Shown here piece after piece: positions 14,529-24,920 of a stretch of 64,000 nucleotides of DNA. How positions within the stretch are numbered: position 1 is the first letter of the stretch; each line of letters begins with the position of its first letter. The stretch is from positions 1,344,001 to 1,408,000 of the forward strand of contig CAWKNZ010000002.1 in NCBI GenBank assembly GCA_963851265.1, written 5' to 3'. The notes beneath the pieces were generated by a model. That model did not search any database. It saw nothing but the letters and a program-made list of their open reading frames with translations, and was not told where the DNA came from. The position numbers and the translations under genes are program-made. Origin of the DNA: an uncultured Gemmatimonadales bacterium. Its GTDB lineage: Bacteria > Gemmatimonadota > Gemmatimonadetes > Gemmatimonadales > Gemmatimonadaceae.

Positions 14529-15769
14529 CCGACGTGGTCTCGCCGCTCCGGCCCGACGCGATCGCGCTCCGCGATCTGCTCGAGAACCTCAGCGCCGGCG
14601 ACCGCTCGGCCGCCCTCGCGCTGCACGCCGTCCTGCACGAGGCCGACGACCGCGGGACCGCGTCGTTCGACGCCGTCGCACGCTGCTACTGGGACGATTA
14701 CCTCGCGGCGGTCCGGCACGACGGGCGCGATTCGGCCAGCGAAGCCGGCCGCCTCAGCCTCGACGAGGTCCGCGACCACCTCGGCGCGTCGGTGCTGCCG
14801 CGGCTCGCGGCGCGGGGTGTCATCACGCTGGACTTCGGCGCCGAGGGCGGCGCGGGCGTGTCGCGCGTCCGCATCCAGGACGCGCTCTGGCAGGAGGTCG
14901 CCCCCCGGCGCGCCGGCGTCGAGGCGGCGCTGCAGCAGACGGGCGAGCACCGCGTACCGGCGCCGCGCGGACCGATGCCCGCCGCCGTGGGTGACGGGTC
15001 GCCCGCGACCGGGAGCCGACTCGCGGCAGAGGGACTCGTGAAGGTGTACCGTCGCCGACGCGTCGTGAACGACGTCGCGCTCGAGCTCCGACAGGGTGAG
15101 ATCGTCGGCCTGCTCGGGCCCAACGGGGCGGGGAAGACGACGACGTTCTACATGATCGTCGGCCTCATCGAGCCCGACGCGGGGCGCATCACGCTCGACG
15201 GCGCGGACGTCACCTCGATGCCGATGTACAAGCGCGCGCGCCGCGGCGTCGGGTATCTCTCGCAGGAGCCGTCGATTTTTCGGAAGCTGAGCGTCGAGCA
15301 GAACATTCTCGCGATCCTCGAGACGCTCGACATTCCGAAGCGCGAACGCGACGAGCGACTCGAGGGGTTGCTCGACGAGCTCAGCATCCGGCACTTACGG
15401 CACAGCAAGGCGTACCAGCTGTCGGGCGGCGAGCGACGCCGGCTCGAGATCACGCGCGCGCTCGTCACGCGCCCCAAATTCATGATGCTGGACGAGCCGT
15501 TCGCCGGAGTCGATCCGATCGCGGTGCACGACATCCAGACTATCGTGGCCGGGCTGCGCCACCGCGGCATCGGCGTGCTCATCAGCGACCACAACGTCGA
15601 GCAGACGCTCGACATCGTGGACCGCGCATACATCATGTTCGACGGGCAGGTCAAGGTGGGTGGCCCCGTCCGAGACCTCGTGTTCGACGACACGGTGGCC
15701 GACATCTACCTCGGCCCGACCCTCACGGCGCGCCTCCGCGCGCGCTTTTCAGCGGACGGATCCCAATGA
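14525..15769 (+). CDS. lptB: LPS export ABC ATPase LptB with a ~165-aa N-terminal extension
   Basis: [51 protein letters not shown]; directly upstream of rpoN. Confidence 0.95.
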   Translation: MTDVVSPLRPDAIALRDLLENLSAGDRSAALALHAVLHEADDRGTASFDAVARCYWDDYLAAVRHDGRDSASEAGRLSLDEVRDHLGASVLPRLAARGVITLDFGAEGGAGVSRVRIQDALWQEVAPRRAGVEAALQQTGEHRVPAPRGPMPAAVGDGSPATGSRLAAEGLVKVYRRRRVVNDVALELRQGEIVGLLGPNGAGKTTTFYMIVGLIEPDAGRITLDGADVTSMPMYKRARRGVGYLSQEPSIFRKLSVEQNILAILETLDIPKRERDERLEGLLDELSIRHLRHSKAYQLSGGERRRLEITRALVTRPKFMMLDEPFAGVDPIAVHDIQTIVAGLRHRGIGVLISDHNVEQTLDIVDRAYIMFDGQVKVGGPVRDLVFDDTVADIYLGPTLTARLRARFSADGSQ

Positions 15770-17235
15770 AGGCCGGTCTCAATCAGAGCACGCAGCTCAA
15801 GCAGGAGTTAAAGGTCAATCCGCGCCTATACCAGGCGATGGATCTGCTCTACATGCCCCTGCTCGACCTGCAGCAGCACCTCAAGCAGGAGCTCCTCAAC
15901 AACCCGTTCCTCGACATGGTCGAGGCGGAGGACGAGGACGAGGAGGAGTCGACCGACTCCGAGCCCGAGCCGACGCAGCAGGAAGAAGAGCGGAAGGAAA
16001 AGGACGACGAGATCGACTGGGAAGAGATCCTGCTCGACGGCTTCGACACGGGCGGTCGGCGCGAGGAGCACGAAGAGAAGGAGTATTACGAGCCGGTGAC
16101 GGTGGCCGAGCGTGACCTGGGCGACCACCTGCGCGACCAGATCACGCTCCTGGACCTGTCGCCGCGACAGCTCGTGCTCGCCGAGGAGTTCCTCGGCAAC
16201 GTGAACGAGGACGGCTATCTGGATTGCCCGGTCGAGCGGATCTTGACGGGCATCAACGAGATGATCCGCGAGTCCGCGGAGGAGCGCGGGGTCGACCCGG
16301 AAGACGCACCCGTCTACTCGGCCGCGGAAGCGGAGGACATGCTCCGCATCGTCCAGGCGCTCGACCCGGCCGGCGTCGGCGCGCGCGATCTGCGCGAGTG
16401 CCTGATGCTGCAGCTGCGCGATGCGGGGCTCGAGCACTCGGTGCCGTACCGCCTCGTGCGCGACTGCTTCGACGAGCTGATCGCGCACCGGTGGAGCGAG
16501 ATCTCGAAGCGCTTCGGCATCTCGCCCAACGACGTGCAGCACGCGGCCGACGAGATCGCCAAGCTCGACCCGAAGCCCGGGCTGCTGTACGCGTCGGCGA
16601 AGGACAACTACATCATCCCGGACCTCGTCGTCGAGAAGATCGACCAGAAGTACCACGTCTTCCTCAACGACGCGAACCTGCCGCGGCTGAAGCTGAGCCG
16701 CGCGTACCAGGAGATCGCGCGCGACAAGAAGAAGTTCGACGGCGAGAGCAAGGAGTTCATCTCCTCGAAGCTCAACTCCGCGAACTGGATGATCCAGGCG
16801 ATCGAGCAGCGCCGCCAGACGATGCTGAAGGTGATGAACTACATCGTGGACCGGCAACGCGACTTCTTCGAGAAGGGCGTGCAGTATCTCAAGCCGCTCA
16901 CGCTGCGCGAGGTGGCCGAGGTCATCAACATGCACGAGAGCACCGTCAGCCGCGTGACGAACGAGAAGTTCGTGCAGACGCCCCGCGGCGTGCTCCCGCT
17001 CAAATTCTTCTTCTCGTCGGGGCTCTCGACCACCGACGGCGAGGACGTCTCGGCGCGAGGCATCAAGGATCAGATCCAGAAGCTCGTCCAGGGCGAGGAC
17101 CCGAAGAATCCGCTCACCGACCAGGCGATCGTCAACATCCTCAAGAAGAGCGGCGTCAACATCGCGCGTCGGACCGTGGCGAAGTACCGCGACCAGCTCG
17201 GCGTGCTGTCCGCGCGCATGCGCAAGCGGGTGTGA
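15766..17235 (+). CDS. rpoN: RNA polymerase sigma-54 factor
   Basis: Q/L-rich region I, acidic region [22 protein letters not shown], RpoN box ARRTVAKYR. Confidence 0.98.
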   Translation: MKAGLNQSTQLKQELKVNPRLYQAMDLLYMPLLDLQQHLKQELLNNPFLDMVEAEDEDEEESTDSEPEPTQQEEERKEKDDEIDWEEILLDGFDTGGRREEHEEKEYYEPVTVAERDLGDHLRDQITLLDLSPRQLVLAEEFLGNVNEDGYLDCPVERILTGINEMIRESAEERGVDPEDAPVYSAAEAEDMLRIVQALDPAGVGARDLRECLMLQLRDAGLEHSVPYRLVRDCFDELIAHRWSEISKRFGISPNDVQHAADEIAKLDPKPGLLYASAKDNYIIPDLVVEKIDQKYHVFLNDANLPRLKLSRAYQEIARDKKKFDGESKEFISSKLNSANWMIQAIEQRRQTMLKVMNYIVDRQRDFFEKGVQYLKPLTLREVAEVINMHESTVSRVTNEKFVQTPRGVLPLKFFFSSGLSTTDGEDVSARGIKDQIQKLVQGEDPKNPLTDQAIVNILKKSGVNIARRTVAKYRDQLGVLSARMRKRV

Positions 17236-18290
17236 GCGCGGGCGTTCGCGTCCAGTCGGTCGCGCTCGCGCCGGCCGCCTCGCCCGCCACGAACGCGGCC
17301 AGCGCCGCGGCACACACGGGCGGCCGTCGGCGCGCCGTCGACGTTTCGGTGCTCGTCCCGGCGCGCGACGAGGCCGAGAACCTGCCGCTGTTCATGGAGC
17401 AGGCGGCGGCCGCGTTCGCCGCGGACTCGGGCGTCGGGTACGAGGTGGTCGTCGTCGACGATGGCTCGTCCGACGCGACGTGGACCGTCCTCGGCGCGCT
17501 CGAGCGGGAGTACCCGTTCGTGCAAGCCGTCAGACACCGCGTCGGCCGCGGCATCGCCGACGCGCTGCGGACGGGGTTCCTGCACGCGCGCGGCGACGTG
17601 ATGGTGTTCTACCCGGCGGACCTGCAGTTCAAGCCCGAGGACATCCCGCGACTCGTCGCACCGATTCTGGCCGGCGAGAGCGACATGGTCACCGGGTACA
17701 AGCAGGGACACTACGAGAAGGCGTTCGTGTCGCGCATCTACAACCGGCTCAGCCGGACGCTGTTCCACGTCCGCGTGCGCGACCTGAACAACGTGAAGGC
17801 GTACCGGCGCGAGGTGATGGAAGGGCTCCCGCTCCGCCCCGACTGGCACCGGTACATGATCGTCCTCGCCGCGTCGCAGGGCTACTCCGTGAGCGAGATC
17901 CCGGTCCCGCTCTACCCGCGACACGCCGGCCGTTCGAAGTTCGGCATCGGGCGAATTCCCATCGGCGTGCTCGACATGCTCGCGGTCTGGGTCGAGCTGC
18001 GGTTCGGGCGCAAGCCGCTCCTGCTGTTCGGGATGCTCGGCGCGGGGCTGTTCGCGTTAGGCACGGTCGCCGGGCTCGTCGCGCTCGCGTGGCTCGCCGC
18101 GACCGGACACGGGCTGCGCGCGGTGTGGACCCTGATCCAGACCTGCCTCCTGCTCGGCGGCGTGTTCTTCACGGGCGGGATCGTCGGCGAGATGATCGCG
18201 GGGCAGCGCGCCGAGCTGGCCGAGTTGCGCCGGGAGCTCGACGCGGGACGCGACGCGCGACGCGGTGCGGCCCCGGAGAACGGCGGCTGA
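17232..18290 (+). CDS. GT2 glycosyltransferase (ArnC/GtrB-like polyprenyl-phosphate glycosyltransferase, two C-terminal TM helices)
   Basis: VSVLVPARDEAENL, VVVVDDGSSDAT, ADLQ, HRY, R-AGRSKF. Start at the GTGA overlap with rpoN. Confidence 0.88.
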   Translation: MSAGVRVQSVALAPAASPATNAASAAAHTGGRRRAVDVSVLVPARDEAENLPLFMEQAAAAFAADSGVGYEVVVVDDGSSDATWTVLGALEREYPFVQAVRHRVGRGIADALRTGFLHARGDVMVFYPADLQFKPEDIPRLVAPILAGESDMVTGYKQGHYEKAFVSRIYNRLSRTLFHVRVRDLNNVKAYRREVMEGLPLRPDWHRYMIVLAASQGYSVSEIPVPLYPRHAGRSKFGIGRIPIGVLDMLAVWVELRFGRKPLLLFGMLGAGLFALGTVAGLVALAWLAATGHGLRAVWTLIQTCLLLGGVFFTGGIVGEMIAGQRAELAELRRELDAGRDARRGAAPENGG

Positions 18291-19519
18291 GCCACCCCGC
18301 GGCGGCGGCCGCCCGTCCGCTCCGCGTGCTCTTCCTCGCTCACTCGTTTCCGCGGTTCGAGGACGACGTTGCGGGGTCATTCCTGCTGCGGCTCGCGGTC
18401 GCGCTGGCGCAGGTGGGAGTCGAGGTGCGTGCCCTCGCGCCCGCCGCCGCCGGGCTCCCCGGCGCCGAGACGATCGCGGGCGTCGCCGTGCGACGCTACC
18501 GGTACGCCGCACGTCGCGACGAGACGCTCGCGTACACGGGCAGCATGGCCGAAACCGCACGCGGTTCGGCGCGCGGGATGGCCGCGCTCGCCGGGCTGCT
18601 GACCGCTGCCGCGGTGTCGACGCGTCTCGCCGTGCGCGCGTGGCGTCCCGACGTCGTTCACGCGCACTGGTGGTTCCCCGGCGGGCTCTCGGCGGCGCTG
18701 CCGGGCGTGCGCGGCGCATGCCCGCTGGTCGTGACGATGCACGGCTCCGACGTCCGGCTCGCGCGGCAGCTGTCGTCGGCCCACCGCATGCTCGATTTCG
18801 TCGCCCGACGCGCGGCCGCGGTGACGGCAGTGTCCTCCTGGCTCTGTGCGGAAGCGCGCGCCATGACGCCGCGCGTCGCGTGCCGTGTCGCACCCATGCC
18901 AGTGGACGCGCGCCGGTACGTCCCGCCGGATGATGGCGAGCCGCGCGCTGGGCTGCTCTTCGTCGGCCGGCTCACGGTCCAGAAAGGCGTGGCAACGTTA
19001 CTCGACGCGTTCGCGCGGATGCGCGCGCCGACGACCCTCACGATCGTCGGCGGCGGCCCGGAGGAGACCGCGCTGCGCGCGCGTGCCGAGGCGCTGGGCG
19101 TGGCCGGACGGGTGGAGTGGCGCGATCCCGTTCCGCCCGCCTCGCTCGCACCCTGGTACGCCGGTGCGACCGCGCTCGTCGTGCCGTCGACAGAGGAGGG
19201 ACTGGGACTCGTCGCCGTCGAGGCGCTGCTCTGTGCGACGCCGGTCGTCGCGTACCGCTCGGGCGGGATCCCCGACGTCGTGCGTGATGGGGTGAGCGGG
19301 CTTCTCGCGCCGGCCAATGACGTCGACGCGCTCGCGGCAGCCCTCGACCGCATCGTGGGCGACCAGGTGCTCGCGCGGCACCTCGGCGAATCGGGGCGCG
19401 CGTTCGTCGAGGCGCGCTTCACCCCTGCTGCCGCGGCGGCGACCTACCGCGCGATCTACGACGAGGTACTCGAACCGCGCGGGTCGACGCCGAGCGGGCC
19501 GTCGCGCCTGGCTCCGTGA
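18287..19519 (+). CDS. GT4 family glycosyltransferase (start uncertain: CTG 18287 or GTG 18326)
   Basis: RVLFLAHSFP, DVVHAHWW, TMHGSD, FVGRLTVQKG, EGLGLVAVEA (EX7E motif), GGIPDVV. Confidence 0.88.
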   Translation: MSHPAAAAARPLRVLFLAHSFPRFEDDVAGSFLLRLAVALAQVGVEVRALAPAAAGLPGAETIAGVAVRRYRYAARRDETLAYTGSMAETARGSARGMAALAGLLTAAAVSTRLAVRAWRPDVVHAHWWFPGGLSAALPGVRGACPLVVTMHGSDVRLARQLSSAHRMLDFVARRAAAVTAVSSWLCAEARAMTPRVACRVAPMPVDARRYVPPDDGEPRAGLLFVGRLTVQKGVATLLDAFARMRAPTTLTIVGGGPEETALRARAEALGVAGRVEWRDPVPPASLAPWYAGATALVVPSTEEGLGLVAVEALLCATPVVAYRSGGIPDVVRDGVSGLLAPANDVDALAAALDRIVGDQVLARHLGESGRAFVEARFTPAAAAATYRAIYDEVLEPRGSTPSGPSRLAP

Positions 19520-20508
19520 CGCAGACCGCCGGCCGTAACGCTCGTCCGCCGGGTGCGCGTCACCGCCGCCTTCGCGCTGCCGCGATCTTGGCGGCGCTCG
19601 CGACGGTCGCGTGGTTTGTGGCACGCTCCGTCGGCACGCAGTGGACGCAGTTTCGCGACGCCGCCGCCGAACTGCACCCGCGATGGTCACTGGTGATCGC
19701 GGCTTCGGCACTCGTTCTCGCCACGTATGCGCTCCTCATCCAGGCGTGGCGCGCGCTCGTCACCGGCTGGGGCGGGCGACTCGCCTTCTGGAGCGGCGCG
19801 CGAATCTGGACCGTGTCGAACCTCGCGCGGTACGTGCCCGGGACGCTGTGGTCCGTGGGCGCGATGAGTGTACTCGCGGACGACGCCGGGGTCCCACCCG
19901 CGGCGGCCGCCGGCGCCGCGATCTTCAACACGGTCCTGAACCTCGCGGCGGGGTTCGTCGTGTTGTCCGCTACGGGTGGAGAGTACGTGGCCCGGCTCGC
20001 GCCCGGCGTGCCACACCCGCGCGCGTTCGGCGCTGCCGTAGGGGTCGCGGGCGCCGTGGCGCTGCCGCTCTGCCTCCCGTTCGTCACGACGGCGCTCGCG
20101 CGCGTCCTCCGGCGAGAACGCCCGCCCGCGCCGCCATTCCGAACGTTCGTTGCCGCCCTTCTGTCCAACCTGGTCGCGTGGTGTACCTACGGCATCGCGT
20201 TCGGCTGCTTCGCGCGCGCCGTCCTGCCCGCGGTGGGTGACAACTGGGTGGGATACATCGCAGTTTTCACCGGCTCGTACCTCACCGGGTTCCTGGCGCT
20301 CGTGGCGCCGGGCGGGCTGTTCGTGCGCGAGGCGGCCATGGTCTACGCGCTCACGCGTACCGGCATGGCGTCGCCCGGCGACGCCGCCGTGCTCGCCGTC
20401 GCGCAACGCCTCTGGCTGACCGTGCTCGAACTCGCTCCCGGGCTGACGTTCCTCGCGGCGGGCGGGCTCCGGGCGCGGGCGGCACGGTCGCCGGCGACGT
20501 CCGACTGA
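19516..20508 (+). CDS. Lysylphosphatidylglycerol-synthase-TM / UPF0104 flippase-like membrane protein
   Basis: SNLARYVPG and APGGLFVRE motifs, multiple hydrophobic segments, glycosyltransferase context. Confidence 0.75.
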   Translation: MTQTAGRNARPPGARHRRLRAAAILAALATVAWFVARSVGTQWTQFRDAAAELHPRWSLVIAASALVLATYALLIQAWRALVTGWGGRLAFWSGARIWTVSNLARYVPGTLWSVGAMSVLADDAGVPPAAAAGAAIFNTVLNLAAGFVVLSATGGEYVARLAPGVPHPRAFGAAVGVAGAVALPLCLPFVTTALARVLRRERPPAPPFRTFVAALLSNLVAWCTYGIAFGCFARAVLPAVGDNWVGYIAVFTGSYLTGFLALVAPGGLFVREAAMVYALTRTGMASPGDAAVLAVAQRLWLTVLELAPGLTFLAAGGLRARAARSPATSD

Positions 20509-20544
20509 CGCGTCGCGCCGATTCGTCTTCTTCTTTCTCACTCC

Positions 20545-23031
20545 GTGGCTACTGCTTCCCAACCGCTGGCGCGAGCCGGCGCGCGACCGAGGTCCGGTCG
20601 GCTCGCCGACGCACGCGCCGAATACACGCCGTTCGAGCCGCGCCGCGCCGGGTGGGTCGCGTCGCTCGTGTTCGCGGCGGCGTCACTGCTCCTCGGCGCG
20701 CCGGCGTTGGTCGGCAAGTTCCTCGTCAATCCGAACAGCGACCAGTACATCGCGGGCTACGCCTTCCGCGAGTTCGCGGCATCGTCGCTTCGCCAGGGGC
20801 ACGGATTCCCACTCTGGAACCCGTACCTGTTTGGCGGCATGCCGTATGTCGCGGCGATGCACGGCGACGAGTTCTACCCGCCGTCGCTGGTGCTCCGGCT
20901 GTTGCTGCCCACCGACGCCGCGATGACGTGGGAGTTGATCCTGCACGTGTTCCTCGCGGGCGCGTTCACGTATGCGTTCCTGCGCGGCGCGCTCAGGCTT
21001 TCGTTCGCGGCCGCGCTCGCCGGCGGGCTCGCGTACATGATGGGCGGAAACGTGGCCGGACTCGTCTCGCCCGGCCACGACGGCAAGCTGTACCTGGCCG
21101 CCCTGCTGCCGCTCGTGCTGCTGCTCGTGCACCGACTCGTCGCGGATGGACGTGCGTGGGCTGCGGGTGGGCTCGGCCTCGCGATCCTCTTCGCCGTGCT
21201 CGCGCCGCATCCGCAGTTGCTGCAGTATCTGCTGCTTGCGACGGGTGCGTACGCGCTGTTCGCGGCGTTCGGGCGCGCCGATCCGGACGCGCGTGCCCTC
21301 GACCGAACGTCGGCCGTCGTGCGCCTCGGCGCGGCCGCCGCGGCCGTCGGCGTCGGACTGCTCGGAGGCGCGGTCCAGTTCTGGCCCGTCCTCGAGTACA
21401 CGTCGTGGTCGCCGCGCGCAGGAGGACGCGGGTGGGAGCACGCGATCTCGTACTCGCTGCCGCCGGAGGAGGTGTTCAACACGTACCTGCCCGAGTTCTC
21501 GGGGATCCTGGACCGCTACACGGGACGGAACGGGATCCACCTGCACAGTGAGTACATCGGCGCCGCGGTGCTCGTCCTCGCCGGGTGCGCGTTCTTCGCA
21601 CGCGGCACCGTTCGCCGGCAGATGTGGTTCTGGGTCGGCGCATTCGTCGTCACGCTGCTCTGGGCGCTCGGCGGATTCACCCCGTTCTATCAGCTCGTCT
21701 ACGCGCTCGTCCCGGGGACGAAGTACTTCCGCGCGCCCAGCACGATGCTGTACATCGTGTCGTTCTGCACGGCGGTGCTCGCCGGAATCGGCACCGACAC
21801 CGTGCTCCGCGGTCGGTCCGTGGCGCGGTACCTCGCCGCGTGGAGCGCGGCAGGAGTGCTCGTCGCCCTGCTCGCGACTTCGGGGATGCTTTCGAACCTC
21901 GCGGCCAGCTTCGCACGTCCGGAGCTCGCGCCGCTCGTCGACGCGAACGCCACGGCGGTCACGCTCGGCGCATGGCGATCGCTGCTGGCTGTCGGAGTTA
22001 CCTCGGCCGCGCTCATCGCTGCGGCCCGCGGCCGCAGCAGAGCGGCGGGCTGGGGAATCGCGGCCATCGTGGCGCTCGACCTCTGGGCGGTGGAGCGCCT
22101 GTACTGGCAGTTCTCCGCGCCGGCGTCACAGCTCTACGCGAGCGATCCGGTGATCGACTACCTGAAGCGCTTGCCGCAGCCCGGGCGCGTCGTACCACTC
22201 GCCACCGGAGGCGAACTCGCGCACGAGACGCGCGACCCGTACTTCGGCGGCGGAGACGGTCGCGCGGACGGGCTCATGGTGCATCGCATCCGGAGCGTCG
22301 CCGGATACCACGGCAACGAGCTCGGTCGGTACCTGTCGTTTAGCGGGTGGCCCGACAACGACATCTCCGGTGATTGGCCGCGTCAGGTCGGCAACCCCAA
22401 CTTCCTGCGGCTGAGCAACTTGCAGTACATCTATACGAACTCGCCTCAACCTCCGGCGGCGGGGATGCAACTGGTGGCCGGCCCGGCGCGCAACGTGGCC
22501 GGCAACATGGTTTATCTCTACCGGATGCCTGGCCAGAATCCGCTCGCGTGGGTCACGCCGATCGCGGTCAAGGCGCCCGACGCGAGCGTGCTGGCGACGG
22601 TGCTCGACCCGCGCTTCGACGTCGGCCGCGCCGCGCTGTTCGACACGGCCGCAGCCGTCCCGGCGCAAGTCGTTCCGCAGCAACTACCTGCGCCACTAGA
22701 CCTCACGACGCACGTCACGCGCTACGCTCCGGGACAGATCGACCTCGTACTGAGCGCGCCCGCGCCGGCCGGGTCCAGCCTGGTCGTCTCGGAGAACTAC
22801 TACCCGGGGTGGACGGCCACCGTCGACGGGCGATCCGCCCCGATCGGGCGCGTTGATTACGTGTTGACGGGCGTCGCGCTGCCTGCCGGGGCGCGCAACG
22901 TCTCGCTCCGTTTCACGAGTCCCCGCTACGACACGGGTCTACTCGCGTCGTCGCTCGCGGCGGCGTTCTCGTTCCTGGCGTTCGGCGCCGGGCTAGTCGC
23001 CGAGCGGCGGCGCCGCGCACGACCAGCCTGA
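20545..23031 (+). CDS. YfhO-family multi-pass membrane protein (putative GT-C glycosyltransferase)
   Basis: PLWNPYLFGGMP motif, many TM segments, extracytoplasmic domain with SENYYPGW-ATVDG, terminal TM helix. Confidence 0.8.
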   Translation: MATASQPLARAGARPRSGRLADARAEYTPFEPRRAGWVASLVFAAASLLLGAPALVGKFLVNPNSDQYIAGYAFREFAASSLRQGHGFPLWNPYLFGGMPYVAAMHGDEFYPPSLVLRLLLPTDAAMTWELILHVFLAGAFTYAFLRGALRLSFAAALAGGLAYMMGGNVAGLVSPGHDGKLYLAALLPLVLLLVHRLVADGRAWAAGGLGLAILFAVLAPHPQLLQYLLLATGAYALFAAFGRADPDARALDRTSAVVRLGAAAAAVGVGLLGGAVQFWPVLEYTSWSPRAGGRGWEHAISYSLPPEEVFNTYLPEFSGILDRYTGRNGIHLHSEYIGAAVLVLAGCAFFARGTVRRQMWFWVGAFVVTLLWALGGFTPFYQLVYALVPGTKYFRAPSTMLYIVSFCTAVLAGIGTDTVLRGRSVARYLAAWSAAGVLVALLATSGMLSNLAASFARPELAPLVDANATAVTLGAWRSLLAVGVTSAALIAAARGRSRAAGWGIAAIVALDLWAVERLYWQFSAPASQLYASDPVIDYLKRLPQPGRVVPLATGGELAHETRDPYFGGGDGRADGLMVHRIRSVAGYHGNELGRYLSFSGWPDNDISGDWPRQVGNPNFLRLSNLQYIYTNSPQPPAAGMQLVAGPARNVAGNMVYLYRMPGQNPLAWVTPIAVKAPDASVLATVLDPRFDVGRAALFDTAAAVPAQVVPQQLPAPLDLTTHVTRYAPGQIDLVLSAPAPAGSSLVVSENYYPGWTATVDGRSAPIGRVDYVLTGVALPAGARNVSLRFTSPRYDTGLLASSLAAAFSFLAFGAGLVAERRRRARPA

Positions 23032-23937
23032 TTGCCGGCGAACGTGTCCGAGACCGACCAGCTTCCGCCCGTCACCTCGCCGAGCGCTGACGTTCACCAC
23101 GCACAGACTCCGGCCCATGCGTTCCGCGCGCTGCGCCCCCCCCGCGACGTCGCGCCGCGGAACGCGCGCGGTCCCGGCCTCGCACGCGGCGACGCGAGGG
23201 AACGGGGCGCGCCGGGGCGCGGCGTGGTGATCATCCCGACTTACAACGAACGCGAGAATCTGCAGCGAATCGTCTCCGACGTACTCCGACAAAGCAGCCG
23301 CCTCGATGTACTCGTCGTCGACGACGGCTCGCCCGACGGCACCGGTGAGATCGCCGACGCGCTGGCCGGCGAGTACGCGCCCCGCGTGCACGTGGTCCAT
23401 CGGGCGGGGAAGCTCGGACTGGGGACGGCGTATGTCGCGGGCTTCCGGTGGGCGCTGGAACGCGACTACGCGTTGGTCTTCGAGATGGACGCCGACTTCT
23501 CGCACGACCCGTCACATCTGCCGCAGTTCCTCGCCGCCGCCGACGCGGGCGCGGACGTCGTCCTCGGCTCGCGCTACCAGGGCGGGAAGGTCACGGTCGT
23601 CAATTGGCCGATCAGCCGTCTGATCCTGAGCTATGGCGCGAATCTCTACGCGCGCGCGGTGACCGGGCTTCCGGTCTACGACGCGACCGGCGGATTCAAG
23701 TGCTTTCGGCGCGAGGTGCTCGCGGCGATGGACCTGGGTGACGTGCGGTCGAACGGCTACGCGTTCCAGATCGAGATGAGCTACCGCGCCTGGCTGCACG
23801 GGTTCAAGCTCGCCGAGATCCCCATCGTCTTCATGGATCGCACGGAGGGGCAGAGCAAGATGTCGGGAGCGATCGTGCGCGAGGCGGTGTGGATGGTCTG
23901 GCGGCTGCGCTGGTGGGCATTCCGGGGGCGGCTGTGA
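23032..23937 (+). CDS. Polyprenol-monophosphomannose-synthase-like GT2 (start uncertain; GTG 23044 or later is possible)
   Basis: IIPTYNERENL, VDDGSPDGTG, KLGLGTAY, EMDADFSHDP, DATGGFKCFR, SNGYAFQIE, F-DR--G-SKM. Confidence 0.9.
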   Translation: MPANVSETDQLPPVTSPSADVHHAQTPAHAFRALRPPRDVAPRNARGPGLARGDARERGAPGRGVVIIPTYNERENLQRIVSDVLRQSSRLDVLVVDDGSPDGTGEIADALAGEYAPRVHVVHRAGKLGLGTAYVAGFRWALERDYALVFEMDADFSHDPSHLPQFLAAADAGADVVLGSRYQGGKVTVVNWPISRLILSYGANLYARAVTGLPVYDATGGFKCFRREVLAAMDLGDVRSNGYAFQIEMSYRAWLHGFKLAEIPIVFMDRTEGQSKMSGAIVREAVWMVWRLRWWAFRGRL

Positions 23938-24809
23938 CCGGGGCAGGGGACATCGCACCGCGCTCGCCTCACGGGATGAGCGGCCGAGCGTTCTACAAGC
24001 TGACGGGATCGGGAAACGATTTCGTCTTCTTCGACGAGCGCTCGGGTGCCGACGGGGTGACGGCTGCGCTGCGCACGCCCGAGCTGATCGAAGCCGTCTG
24101 CGACCGCCGCAACGGCGTGGGCGCGGACGGCGTCGTGTTCCTCGAACACGCGTCGGGGTCGCGTGTCCGGATCGCGTATTACAACCGCGACGGCAGTCGT
24201 GCGGCCCTTTGCGGAAACGCGACGCTTTGCACGGCACGTCTCGCAGCCGTGCTTGGGGCGGTCCCCGATCCCACGTCGCCGTTCGTTGTCGAGACGGACG
24301 CGGGGCAGATCGAGGCACGGGTCGGCCGGACCGGCGATCCAGTGATCGCGCTCGGACCCGTGCTGGACGTCGCCGACGAGGCGGCAGGGGTCGTGCGCGG
24401 TGCTGCGGAGCTCGCGATCGGATACGTGCTCGCCGGCGTGCCGCATCTGGTGGTCCTCGTCGCGGACGTGAACGCGGTGGATCTCGACGCGCGCGGCGCG
24501 GCGCTCCGCGCACCGACCGTCGACCGGCCGGAGGGCGCGAACGTGAACTGGGTGTCTCGCGCGGGCGACCGCTGGCGGATGCGCACGTTCGAACGGGGCG
24601 TCGAGGGCGAGACGCTCGCCTGTGGGACCGGCGCGGTCGCGGCCGCGACGCTCATCGCGCGCTGGACCGGTGCCGCGGCGCCCATTGTCCTTGTCACGTC
24701 GTCGGGCCGCCTGGTCGAGGTCACGCCGGCCGCAACCGACGGCGGCTCCGCATCCCTTGCGGGCGAGGGGCGTCTCGTGTTCGCGGGCGAGCTGACCTCG
24801 CTGCTCTGA
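23934..24809 (+). CDS. dapF: Diaminopimelate epimerase (start GTG 23934 or ATG 23976)
   Basis: FYKLTGSGNDF, GVGADG, YNRDGS, LCGN, GVPH, GANVN, RTFERGVEGETLACGTGA. Confidence 0.94.
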   Translation: MTGAGDIAPRSPHGMSGRAFYKLTGSGNDFVFFDERSGADGVTAALRTPELIEAVCDRRNGVGADGVVFLEHASGSRVRIAYYNRDGSRAALCGNATLCTARLAAVLGAVPDPTSPFVVETDAGQIEARVGRTGDPVIALGPVLDVADEAAGVVRGAAELAIGYVLAGVPHLVVLVADVNAVDLDARGAALRAPTVDRPEGANVNWVSRAGDRWRMRTFERGVEGETLACGTGAVAAATLIARWTGAAAPIVLVTSSGRLVEVTPAATDGGSASLAGEGRLVFAGELTSLL

Positions 24810-24920
24810 ACCAGCGCGGCGTGGCATCTCGCACGGGCGGCACGGCGCGGAAACAGCTCGCCCGTTCAGCCGGTTTCGTGGGGAACTCCGTAACCCGATC
24901 GCCCTGAACGAGTTACGTCG

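Noticed and set aside
18287..19519. GT4 as BshA
   Set aside because: Only generic GT4 motifs are present, and it sits in an envelope glycosylation cluster far from bshC.
23029..23034. Read-through fusion of the YfhO-like gene and the downstream GT2 (same frame, single TGA)
   Set aside because: In-frame adjacency is easily chance, no recoding signal was seen, and both proteins look complete on their own.
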